Position numbers and translations under genes: made by a program
Notes under the pieces: generated by a model
Database searches by the model: none
Told to the model about the DNA's origin: nothing
What the model saw: only the letters and a program-made list of their open reading frames with translations
NCBI GenBank assembly: GCA_007133495.1
Contig: SLMS01000002.1
Coordinates: 1 to 61,247, forward strand
DNA from: Candidatus Sumerlaeota bacterium
GTDB lineage: Bacteria > Sumerlaeota > Sumerlaeia > SLMS01
Length of the DNA: 61,247 nt
Direction: 5' to 3'
Part shown: in pieces, positions 38,358-47,442 of the stretch
Layout of the letters: each line of letters starts with the position of its first letter
Position numbering within the stretch: the first letter of the stretch is position 1

Positions 38358-41300
38358 TCACGATTCGTTCTGACCCTGGCGCAGTTCGGCGGCGGCGAGT
38401 TTGAACTCCTCCATCGCGCTGTATAGAATGGGGACGACAAAGATGCTGATGAGCACCGCCAGCATTCCGCCGAAGACTGGTATGGCAAGCGGTGTCATGA
38501 TTTCACTGCCCCGTCCGGTGGAGGTAAGAACGGGCAGCAGGGCAAGGATCGTGGTGGCGCTCGTCATGAGGCAGGGCCGCACGCGGCGGAGGGATGCCTC
38601 CATGATGGTTTCGCGCAGGAAGCCAAGCGTGCCGGGGGATTTTGCCGCGAGGCTCTGTTTAATATAGGTGGACATGATGACGCCGTTGTCCGTCGCAATC
38701 CCGTAGAGGGCCAGGAAGCCGACCCACACGGCAACCGACAGATTTATCTCCCCCATGTTGAAAACCTCCCGCATGTTGGCCCCGAACACGGCAAAGTTCA
38801 GGAACCATGGCTGGCTCCAGAGCCAGAGGAAAATGAATCCGCCGGACCATGCTACGAAGACGTTCAGGAATATAATCATGGTAACCGCCGTGGAGCGGAA
38901 CTGAAGGTAGAGCACCAGGATAATGAGAAGAAGCGCAAGCGGCAGGACGATGGAGAGTGTTCTGGCCGCACGGACCTGGCTTTCGTAGGTACCCGCGAAG
39001 TCATAGGAGACGCCGGGCGGGAGATTCCGGGCGATCGTCTCGTCGAGGAGCGCCCGTGCGTTCTCCACCACGTCGGTTTCGGCATAGCCTGCCTGGCTGT
39101 CGAAAAGGACATAGGCGGTGAGGAAGGTGTCCTCGCTCTTGATGGCTTGAGGGCCCCGCACGTACTCGATGTCAGCGACTTCGCGAAGTGGAATCTGGAC
39201 GTTTGAGGAGCCCCTTCCGGGGGAAGAAACGAGGATGTTCTCCAGCTCCTCCATGGAGTCGCGAAGCTCGCGCTGATAGCGCACGCGCACGGGGTAGCGC
39301 TCCCGGCCCTCGACGGTCATCGTAAGCGGCCGGCCGCCGATGGCCACCTCAACGACGTCCATCACGTCTTGTATATTAATGCCGTAGCGGGCGATGGCCT
39401 TCCGGTCCGGGATGATTTCCAGGTAGGGCTTGCCGACGACGCGCTCTGCGATGACGGCCTGGGTACGGACGCCTTCTGCCCGGCCGGACTGAAGGATGTC
39501 CTCGATTTCGAGAACCACCTGCTCTATGGTTTCCAGGTCGGGGCCGCGGACGCGCACGCCCATCGGAGCGCGCATACCGGTCTGCAGCATGACGATACGT
39601 GTGCTGATGGGAGCCAGCTTCGGGGCGGAGGTGAGGCCTGGAAACTGGGCAGCGTCGACGATCTCTCTCCAGATATCGTCGGGAGTCTCTATTTCCGGCC
39701 GCCAGTTTCTGTAGGGACGGCCTTGGCGGTCCGGCACCAGCTCCCCATCCTCGTCGCGCACGAACTCCCCTGCCTCCGTATCATAGGCGAAAGTGAGGCG
39801 CCGGCCCTGCTCGTCCTGCTTGAACTCGGGTGTATACTTGATCACGGTTTCGATCATGGAAAGCGGCGCGGGGTCGAGCGGTGTTTCCGCGCGCCCGGCT
39901 TTCCCCGCCACAGTGTGGACCTCGGGTATTGCCTGGAAGGCCATGTCGAGTTTCTTGAGGTAATCGGTTGCCTCTCCAATGCTTGCGTGCGGCATTGTCA
40001 CGGGCATATAGAGGAAGCTGCCCTCGTCGAGCGTGGGCATGAACTCGCGCCCAAGACCGGGGAAGGCCTCGGCAAGAGTGTTGCCGGCGGGGGTTTCGTG
40101 TACCCGTTCCGGAAGCCAGCCGAAGACACGCGGAAAGCCGAGCCAGATGCTGAACCCAAGTGCGACCATCAGAAGGGGGACGGTGAGCGCCGTCACCTTG
40201 AACCGAAGGCAGAACTGAAGTACAGGAATATAGACAAAGCGGAAGACCCAGAAGAAACCGATAAGTCCCCCCGCCACAACAGCAACAAAAAGGAGGTTCT
40301 GCCACTGCGCACGCAACGCACCGAGCGGTTCCCAGGTGGAGGACAGTAGAACGACGACGAAGACGGACGCGGCAATCACCAGCCCGTAGTGTATGAACCG
40401 CCAGCTACGCGTGATCCAGCCAGGGAGCCGGGGAAGCTTCCAGCCAAGGAGCGCCTGTGCCACCACAGGGAGCAAAGTGAGGGCGATGGTAATACTGGCA
40501 AAGAGAACGAAGGTTTTTGTATAGGCAAGGGGCGTGAACAGCTTGCCTTCCTGGCCAACCATTGTGAAGACGGGAAGGAAGCTTATGATGGTGGTTGCGA
40601 CGGCCGTTGTTACTGCGGAACCGACTTCGCTGGCCGCGCGGTGGAGGACAGTGAAGCGCGATTCCGAGGGACTGGCCTTCCGCAGATGCTGAAGCATGTT
40701 CTCGGTCAGCACGATGCCCACGTCCACCACGCTGCCGATCGAAATGGCAATGCCGGCCAGGGCGACAACGTTCGCCTGCACCCCGAACAGCTTCATCATG
40801 ATAAATGTAAAGAGGACCGCAAGCGGCAGCATGGAACTGATCATGGCGGAACTGCGCAGATGGAACACCATGAGCAGCACGACAATAATGGTGATCAGTA
40901 TCTGGTCGCGGAGGGCGTCCTCCAGCGTGCCGATGGTCTCCTGGATCAGGCCGCTGCGGTCGTAGAATGGAACAATGGTGACCTGGCTGATGGTGCCGTC
41001 CTCAAGCGTCCGGCTCGGCAGGCCTGGTGATATTTCCTCGATCTTGTCCTTGACGTTTTCGATAACCTGCATGGGGTTGGCGCCGTAGCGCGCCGTGACG
41101 ACCCCACCGGCAGCCTCCGCGCCCGAAATTGTCAGGACACCCCGCCGGAGTGCCGGGCCGGTGCTCACCGTGCCCACCTGGGAGATGGTTACCGGGATGC
41201 CGTCGCGGCTGTCGACGACGGTGTCTTCGATATCCTCCACTCCCTGGATGAATCCACGCCCACGGATGACATACTCGACGCCGGTACTTTCGAGCGTGCG

Positions 41301-42032
41301 CGCGCCCACGTCCAGGTTCGAGCGCCGTACTGCGTTAATCACCTGCGGGAGCGAAACTCCGAAACTCCGCATGGCGTCGGGGTTGACGTCTATCTGGTAT
41401 TCGCGGACGAAGCCGCCAATGCTCGCGACCTCAGAAACGCCGTGAGCACTCTGAAGGGCGTAGCGTACGTACCAATCCTGTATGGACCGAAGCTCCTCGG
41501 GGTCCCAGCCGCCAACGGGCTCGCCCTCGGGGGTACGGCCCTGGAGGGTGTACCAGAAAACCTGCCCCATTGCCGTTGCATCCGGTCCCAACTGGGGCTC
41601 GACACCGGCGGGGACAGTTCCCGACGGCAGGCTGGCAAGTTTTTCGAGAACACGCGAGCGTGACCAATAGAAGTCCACCCCCTCCTCGAAGATCACCGAA
41701 ATGGAGGAGAACCCGAACATGGAGTTCGAGCGGATGGTGCGCACGCCGGGAATTCCCTGCAGCGCCGTGGTAAGGGGATAGGTGACCTGGTCCTCGATGT
41801 CCTGGGGTGAGCGGCCGGGCCACTCCGTGAAGATGATCTGCTGGTTTTCGCCAAGGTCCGGAATTGCGTCCACCGGGACCGGATCGTGTGGGTACTGGTT
41901 TTGGCCGGGCAGGTGTGGCCAGTCGCCCGGCTGGAAGGGCATCACCATGAGCCCCCAAGCGAGCAGCACCACACCGAGGAGCACGACAACGAGCCGTTGC
42001 TCCATGCAGAATTTAATGAACCGGTCAATCAT
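38358..42032 (-). CDS. cusA: CusA/CzcA-family heavy-metal efflux RND permease (long form, 1224 aa)
   Basis: Collinear by eye with E. coli CusA (VDAIPDLGENQ, GPDATAMGQVFWYTL, DEGSFLYMP, C-terminal TM bundle), with several insertions. Confidence 0.9.
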   Translation of the reverse strand: MIDRFIKFCMEQRLVVVLLGVVLLAWGLMVMPFQPGDWPHLPGQNQYPHDPVPVDAIPDLGENQQIIFTEWPGRSPQDIEDQVTYPLTTALQGIPGVRTIRSNSMFGFSSISVIFEEGVDFYWSRSRVLEKLASLPSGTVPAGVEPQLGPDATAMGQVFWYTLQGRTPEGEPVGGWDPEELRSIQDWYVRYALQSAHGVSEVASIGGFVREYQIDVNPDAMRSFGVSLPQVINAVRRSNLDVGARTLESTGVEYVIRGRGFIQGVEDIEDTVVDSRDGIPVTISQVGTVSTGPALRRGVLTISGAEAAGGVVTARYGANPMQVIENVKDKIEEISPGLPSRTLEDGTISQVTIVPFYDRSGLIQETIGTLEDALRDQILITIIVVLLMVFHLRSSAMISSMLPLAVLFTFIMMKLFGVQANVVALAGIAISIGSVVDVGIVLTENMLQHLRKASPSESRFTVLHRAASEVGSAVTTAVATTIISFLPVFTMVGQEGKLFTPLAYTKTFVLFASITIALTLLPVVAQALLGWKLPRLPGWITRSWRFIHYGLVIAASVFVVVLLSSTWEPLGALRAQWQNLLFVAVVAGGLIGFFWVFRFVYIPVLQFCLRFKVTALTVPLLMVALGFSIWLGFPRVFGWLPERVHETPAGNTLAEAFPGLGREFMPTLDEGSFLYMPVTMPHASIGEATDYLKKLDMAFQAIPEVHTVAGKAGRAETPLDPAPLSMIETVIKYTPEFKQDEQGRRLTFAYDTEAGEFVRDEDGELVPDRQGRPYRNWRPEIETPDDIWREIVDAAQFPGLTSAPKLAPISTRIVMLQTGMRAPMGVRVRGPDLETIEQVVLEIEDILQSGRAEGVRTQAVIAERVVGKPYLEIIPDRKAIARYGINIQDVMDVVEVAIGGRPLTMTVEGRERYPVRVRYQRELRDSMEELENILVSSPGRGSSNVQIPLREVADIEYVRGPQAIKSEDTFLTAYVLFDSQAGYAETDVVENARALLDETIARNLPPGVSYDFAGTYESQVRAARTLSIVLPLALLLIILVLYLQFRSTAVTMIIFLNVFVAWSGGFIFLWLWSQPWFLNFAVFGANMREVFNMGEINLSVAVWVGFLALYGIATDNGVIMSTYIKQSLAAKSPGTLGFLRETIMEASLRRVRPCLMTSATTILALLPVLTSTGRGSEIMTPLAIPVFGGMLAVLISIFVVPILYSAMEEFKLAAAELRQGQNES

Positions 42033-44091
42033 TGGACGCGAACTCCTCTTCTATCGTACCGCAGGCGAGCATCTCGTCTCCGAAGTAGGGGTTGCGTATT
42101 TGGGTGCTTGCTTGGAGCCAGTCCGCGCCCTCCCAATCAAACGCCATGGGGCAATGGGCCAGGTGAATGGTTGCGCTGGCGGGGTTGCCGTGGTCGCGGA
42201 AGGCTGCAATCATTGCATTGCTGAGCGTATGATATACCTCGCGCGAGGTGCCGATATCGTCTGCTTCCGTCCCAGCTCCGGCGAGTTCGTGCAGGGTGTG
42301 CTCCCCGGCCTCGTCAGCCTTATGGTGAAGCCGCTGCCATGCCTCGTTGGCGGCCGTATAGTCGTCCGAGGCGAGCGCCTCGGTGAGTTCGAGATAGACG
42401 TCGAGGGCGGCTTCGGTGGCTTCAGCGCCCAGTTCGGGGGCTCCTGCATGGTCATGAGCCGGGGCGGGCTCCTCCGGATGGTCCTCGTGTTCGTCGTGAT
42501 CGACGGCGGGGCCGTGGTCGTGATCGTGTCCGGGCGCGGGTGCATCACCCTCGGGGCTCATCATGCTGGGGCGGGCCATGATTTGCATGGCCGAATCGAT
42601 GCGGAACGCGCCATGGGTGACGACGCTTTCGCCTTCGGCAAGGCCCTCGCGCACGACGTAGCCATCACGTGTGCGGGGGCCGAGAACGACTTCGCGCCCC
42701 TCGAACGTTGGCCGCTCACGTCCCGGCACCCGTGTATAGACAATCGCCCGCTTTCCGGTAATGAGTGGCGCAGTCGCCGGGATGATGAGCGGGGGCGTTT
42801 CCTCCTCCATTTCGGCATCGACGAGGCCGGTGACGTACATACCCGGCTTGAGGAGGCCGTCGGGGTTGTCCACGTCCACGCGAACACGCGTCGTGCGCGT
42901 GCCGGTGCGTGTTACCGGGTCGATATAGGAAATCTCGCCCGGGAATCCCTCTCCGGGATAGGCCTGGGCCGTGAAGACCATCGGCTGGCCGAGGCGGAGC
43001 CAGGGCAGGTCGGTTTCGAACGCATCGAGTTCGGCCCAGACCGTGGAGAGATCGGCGATGGTGAGAATTCGTCCGCCGGTGGAGACATACTCGCCCTCCT
43101 CAAAGTGGCGGGCGATGACCGTCCCTCCGATGGGAGCAAGAAGGGTTACCTGCTCGCGGGCTTCGCCCTCCGCGGCGATTTCGTCTATCTGGCCGGGGGT
43201 GAGCCCCGCGAGGCGGAGCCTTTCGCGGCCTGCGGCCACGGCGGCTTCGCTCGCGCGGCGGATGGCGGCGCCCGCACCTTCCGGCAGATTACCGAAGGAG
43301 CGCTTCGCCTGAAGGAATTCCTTCTGCACGGCGAGCAGTTCGGGGCTGTAGAGCACGACGAGCTCCTGTCCTTTCTCCACCGTTGTGCCCTCGAACTCGG
43401 CGTGGAGCCTGTCTATACGGCCTCCCACGTCGGCGCTGATGTGGGCGCGGCGCGGCTCACTCACGGCGAGCTGGCCACTGAGGCGGACCGGCCTGACGGC
43501 AGGCATGCGCTGAACCGTGGTGGTCCGTATGTCCGAAAGGGCGACCCCTTCGGCGGACATGGTCATGCGGCGCTCGGAGGCGCCCTCCTCCGGTGCGTCA
43601 TCGTCATCGTAAACCGCCTGCATTTCCATGCCGCAGATGGGGCATTCGCCCTCCTCGGGGAGAGGCGGCACGCAATTCATCGCGCAGGCGTAGCCGAGTA
43701 TCTCGTTGCCGTTTGTGGCTGATGTGTGCTCGTGCGTGTGGTCGTGTGTTTTGGTTGCGGAGCCGTGGTTCTCCTCTGGCGTGCCGGAGCTTTCCTGCTC
43801 GAGCGCCTCTGCTTCGGAGCGTTCCATGGGGACGAGTTCCATGCCGCAGATGGGGCAGTCCCCCGGTTCATCCTGCTGTATCCATGGGTGCATGGCGGAA
43901 ACATAGACGATGTCGCTGGCGCTCGTATCTCCGCTTTCGCCCCCTTGGTTATGCTGGCCGGAGCCTCCGGTGCTGCGGGCGCCCATGTTGTAGGCCACGA
44001 AGGCGGCAACGAGCACGGCGGCGACGGCGGTGCCCTGTGCGAGGCTGGGCGTGATCAGGCCAAGGATGGATGTGATTTTGTTCTTCTTCAT
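42025..44091 (-). CDS. cusB: RND periplasmic adaptor (CusB-like) with two N-terminal CxxC heavy-metal-binding modules and a C-terminal DUF3347-like domain
   Basis: The two modules are MHPWIQQDEPGDCPICGMELVP and EEGECPICGMEMQ. An MFP barrel/lipoyl core is present. The C-terminal HCPMAFDWEGADWLQ...NPYFGDEMLACG resembles DUF3347. There is an 8-nt overlap with cusA. Confidence 0.85.
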   Translation of the reverse strand: MKKNKITSILGLITPSLAQGTAVAAVLVAAFVAYNMGARSTGGSGQHNQGGESGDTSASDIVYVSAMHPWIQQDEPGDCPICGMELVPMERSEAEALEQESSGTPEENHGSATKTHDHTHEHTSATNGNEILGYACAMNCVPPLPEEGECPICGMEMQAVYDDDDAPEEGASERRMTMSAEGVALSDIRTTTVQRMPAVRPVRLSGQLAVSEPRRAHISADVGGRIDRLHAEFEGTTVEKGQELVVLYSPELLAVQKEFLQAKRSFGNLPEGAGAAIRRASEAAVAAGRERLRLAGLTPGQIDEIAAEGEAREQVTLLAPIGGTVIARHFEEGEYVSTGGRILTIADLSTVWAELDAFETDLPWLRLGQPMVFTAQAYPGEGFPGEISYIDPVTRTGTRTTRVRVDVDNPDGLLKPGMYVTGLVDAEMEEETPPLIIPATAPLITGKRAIVYTRVPGRERPTFEGREVVLGPRTRDGYVVREGLAEGESVVTHGAFRIDSAMQIMARPSMMSPEGDAPAPGHDHDHGPAVDHDEHEDHPEEPAPAHDHAGAPELGAEATEAALDVYLELTEALASDDYTAANEAWQRLHHKADEAGEHTLHELAGAGTEADDIGTSREVYHTLSNAMIAAFRDHGNPASATIHLAHCPMAFDWEGADWLQASTQIRNPYFGDEMLACGTIEEEFASND

Positions 44092-45518
44092 TGTGTTGCC
44101 TCCTCCGGGAGGGTCGTGTCGATTGGTCCGCCTGCGGCGCGTTCAAGGTCCGCCACGGCGAGGAGATAGTCGCGGTGCGTGCGTAGAAGATCGCGCTGCA
44201 CGGCGATGTAGGTTCGCTGGGTGTCGAGCATGTCGAGGTAGGTGCCCTGTCCGGCGACGTATCGGCTCTGGGCTGCCTCGTTTGCCTCGATGGAAAGCGG
44301 CAGAACCTGGTTTTCGAGTATAGACAGTTGCTCGCGGAGCGAAGTCACACGCGCCACCGCGGTATGCATCTCCTCGGTCACCGCGTCCTCCTGGGACTGT
44401 ATGCGGAGGGTGGCCTCCTCGGTGCGTTTGCGGGCCTGCTCGACGGCGGCGCGGCGGCGGGCGTTGGGGATGGGGAGGTTGATGCCGGCGGAAACGCTCC
44501 AGGCATCCATCCGGTCGTCCGGCAGGGGAACGGCCGGGAACCCGGGGCGTTCGCCAAGCGCGGCATATCCGGCACCGATCGTAAAGTCCGGGTAGTAGTC
44601 CAGTTCGGCCAGGCGGTGGGCCAGCCGGCCCCGCTCCTCCTGGCGGGCGTAACGATCAAGCTCCGGGCGTTGCTCCAGCGCGGCCGCGATCAATGCCTCG
44701 GGTTCGGGCATGCGCGGCAGCACCTCCTCTGGTGCGGGCAACTCCGGCTGGAAGGACACCGCCACCGTGCCGAGCAGCCGCACCAGGTCCCGTTCGAGAG
44801 CTTCGATGCGTGCGTCGAACTCCGGGAACATGTTTTCCACGCGGGCGATTTCCGTCTGCGCGCGCAGGAGTGCCGTCAGGTCCGTCCTTCCCGTTTCGTA
44901 GAGCGTTCCGGTTGTTTCGAGAATGCTCTGCAGGAGTTCCTCGTCCTCGCGGGTGAGTTCCTTGTCCGCCCGCTCGAAGGCCAGACTGTACCACGCGGCA
45001 GCGATTTGCTGGCGGAGAGCGAGCACCTCGGTGCGATACACCTCAAATTCCTCGCGCGAGGTGATATCGGCGATATCTCCCCGCAAACCGCGCTTGCCGA
45101 ACCAGGGGAAACGTTGCTCCACGCGGAGCATGTTTTCCCGCATATCGCCGCTCCCGGGAAAGGTTTCCATCTGCTCGGCCATGAGCATGGGATCAGGGAG
45201 GGAGGAGGCTTGCGGGACCTCCTGCACCATGGCCTCGAAGCGCGCGAAGCCCGCCTGAAGCCGTGGGTTGTTCAGCAGTGCGGTTTCGAAGGCTTCTTCG
45301 AAGGTGGTGATGCGCTCAGGTGCGGCCGGCCGCGGGTCGAGGGGCGGCTCTTCCTGGGCCACGGCGGGCCGGACGGTATCCGGCCGGACCGAGTCGCGGT
45401 CGGGAACCTCGGGCGGCGACATGGCGCACGCGGAGAGGAACCCCGCGGCGGCAATCGCACTGGTCAGAAGAAATATCTTTCGGCGGGTGGCAACGCGCCA
45501 CCGCGAGTCGTCGGACAT
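44088..45518 (-). CDS. cusC: TolC/NodT-family outer-membrane efflux lipoprotein
   Basis: Lipobox (GFLSAC), two OEP repeats, and a 4-nt overlap with cusB. Confidence 0.85.
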   Translation of the reverse strand: MSDDSRWRVATRRKIFLLTSAIAAAGFLSACAMSPPEVPDRDSVRPDTVRPAVAQEEPPLDPRPAAPERITTFEEAFETALLNNPRLQAGFARFEAMVQEVPQASSLPDPMLMAEQMETFPGSGDMRENMLRVEQRFPWFGKRGLRGDIADITSREEFEVYRTEVLALRQQIAAAWYSLAFERADKELTREDEELLQSILETTGTLYETGRTDLTALLRAQTEIARVENMFPEFDARIEALERDLVRLLGTVAVSFQPELPAPEEVLPRMPEPEALIAAALEQRPELDRYARQEERGRLAHRLAELDYYPDFTIGAGYAALGERPGFPAVPLPDDRMDAWSVSAGINLPIPNARRRAAVEQARKRTEEATLRIQSQEDAVTEEMHTAVARVTSLREQLSILENQVLPLSIEANEAAQSRYVAGQGTYLDMLDTQRTYIAVQRDLLRTHRDYLLAVADLERAAGGPIDTTLPEEATQ

Positions 45519-45667
45519 GGAAGTCGATCCTGGCTATCTTTGGCGGTCGTTGGGTACGGGCAGATACATCCACGCACCCGGTTGACGGGAGAGAGGCCAA
45601 GCGGTGGCAGGCACCCGGGCGCAGTTCGGCTACGCGCGCCCTTTGGGCAACAGGCCACCGGCCAGAA

Positions 45668-46162
45668 TCAAATTATGAAGACCGAGTAGAGCTCGTGAAG
45701 GGAGGGGTGGGGAAGTGGGCTCCCCCGGGTGGGGCGCCACTTGGGGGCGTCCTCAAGCTGAAGCAGGGCGGGAGCAGCCGTCCCGGCCGGGGTGGCCGCC
45801 GCAGCCTGCTGGGTCTTGTTCTCGGTGGAGGGCTTGATCCCCGGGCTTTTCGCCAGCGCAGGGTGGTCTGCGCCGTCCTGAAGCTCTCCGATGCAGCAGA
45901 GGCACCCGCCGGTGTGACCCGGTTCGGAAGGGGCGGCGGGTTCCGGTGCGTCGTTCTGTCGCTCCGTGGGGCAGCAGGGGCCGTCTTCCCCGTGGTGCTT
46001 GGGCGTGGGGGAGGGGGTGGGCTCCGTGGCCACCTTTTCGCAGCAGGAGCCGCCGCACGCGCAGGGGATTCCATACGCCAGACCGGCCGATGCAAAAAAC
46101 ACCATCCCCACCAGTAGGGAGAGCACTCGCAGGCCGGTTGTATGGCGCTTCCGCATCATCAT
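45668..46162 (-). CDS. small Cys-rich membrane-anchored/secreted protein (hypothetical)
   Basis: Taken from MMMRKRH (46162). A hydrophobic anchor (LRVLSLLVGMVFFASAGLAYG) is followed by CACGGSCC, GPCC and GGCLCC clusters. The start is uncertain, because the ORF is open to GTG 46264. Coding status is not proven. Confidence 0.45.
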   Translation of the reverse strand: MMMRKRHTTGLRVLSLLVGMVFFASAGLAYGIPCACGGSCCEKVATEPTPSPTPKHHGEDGPCCPTERQNDAPEPAAPSEPGHTGGCLCCIGELQDGADHPALAKSPGIKPSTENKTQQAAAATPAGTAAPALLQLEDAPKWRPTRGSPLPHPSLHELYSVFII

Positions 46163-46345
46163 GTCTGGAGTGGTAAGCAGGTCCCGGGCCGCCCTGTCAA
46201 CCCAAGCCGCCGGACTTTGGACCGATTGCCGCCCCGGCCCCGGCGCCTCGCTTTGCTCCACCACGTTTCGTTGACGCCCCAGACGCGGGGAGAAAAGGGT
46301 CTTCGTGTCCGTAGAACTTCATGCCTTCAAGAAGGAGTCCGCTCC

Positions 46346-47206
46346 ATGACCACCCGAAAGCTCACAGCCGCCCTTGCGGCCGGCCTGCTCGCCCTTCCCG
46401 CCATCGTCAAGGCGGAGGAACTTCCCCTCGATGTCATGACCTTCAATATCCGTTTCGGCACCGCTTACGACCGGGAGAACAACTGGCCCAACCGCCAGGA
46501 CATGGTGGTCCGGATGCTCCGAAAATACGACGCGGACATCGTCGGCACGCAGGAAATTCAAGACTTTCAGGCCGACCATATCACCCGCTGGATGCCGGAG
46601 TACCGTTGGTTCGGCGCCCACCGCGGGGACCACATGGAGGAGCGCTGTGCCATTCTCTATAAATGGCGCGAGTACATGCCGCTTGAAACCGGCACCTTCT
46701 GGCTTTCCGAAACCCCCGATGTTTACGCCTCACAGTCGTGGGATGCCGCGCTTCCGCGTATCGCCACTTGGGCCCGCTTCGTTCACATGGAAACGGAAAC
46801 GGAGTTCTATGTCTATAACACTCACTTCGACCACGTCGGCCGGCAGGCGCGTGTCCACAGTATGGACCTGATCCTCGAACATATCGACGAGAACGCCCGG
46901 GACCGGCCGGTCATCCTTCTCGGCGATTTTAACGTAACTGCCGAACAGAGTGAGGTTTACGACGCCGTGGCGGAGACCGGATTCGAGGACCTTTGGCTCA
47001 CGGCAGCAGAACGCGAAGGCCCCACGGCCACCTGGAATGCCTTCCGCGACCTCGATCCAGAATCGGACCGTCGAATCGACTGGATCATGACCCGCGGCCC
47101 GTTCGAAGCGGACTATATCGAAACGATTATCTATAGCGAGGACGGGCGCTGGCCGTCGGACCACTTCCCGGTCTTCGCGCGGGTGCGGCTGGATATATCC
47201 GAATAG
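46346..47206 (+). CDS. secreted endonuclease/exonuclease/phosphatase (EEP) family protein
   Basis: The start is ATG 46346, behind gaaggag. Signal peptide, then VMTFNIRFG...DIVGTQE...LGDFN...SDHFPV, the EEP catalytic motifs. Confidence 0.85.
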   Translation: MTTRKLTAALAAGLLALPAIVKAEELPLDVMTFNIRFGTAYDRENNWPNRQDMVVRMLRKYDADIVGTQEIQDFQADHITRWMPEYRWFGAHRGDHMEERCAILYKWREYMPLETGTFWLSETPDVYASQSWDAALPRIATWARFVHMETETEFYVYNTHFDHVGRQARVHSMDLILEHIDENARDRPVILLGDFNVTAEQSEVYDAVAETGFEDLWLTAAEREGPTATWNAFRDLDPESDRRIDWIMTRGPFEADYIETIIYSEDGRWPSDHFPVFARVRLDISE

Positions 47207-47442
47207 GTGAGGCTGGTTTCAGCGCCTGGCCGGCGTGATGGGTCCGGCGATGTAAGACAGGCGATCCAGCCATTCTCCGGCATGATCGATCCGCAGGACC
47301 GGGCGCCTCCCGGGCCGAGTCGATCTTGCTGTGCCGGAGTGTGTCCTGAGAGCACCGAAAACCTGCAGATACCTGTTGACTGTTCCCGTGCATTTTGCAG
47401 GAAAGGGATCAGTATGATAAGACTTGACAAAGGACCACTTTG

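Noticed and set aside
38281-38361. GTG start at 38361 for the triple-YHS protein, overlapping the cusA stop as GTGA.
   Set aside because: It would put 27 polar residues in front of the signal peptide. ATG 38280 has a strong aaggag SD at ideal spacing and starts directly with a signal peptide. The longer form cannot be excluded without experimental data.
47424-47429. TTGACA upstream of paralogue 1 considered as its -35 promoter element.
   Set aside because: It lies only 13 nt before the ATG (47443), so a transcript initiated from it would begin inside the gene. No -10 element is found at the right spacing.
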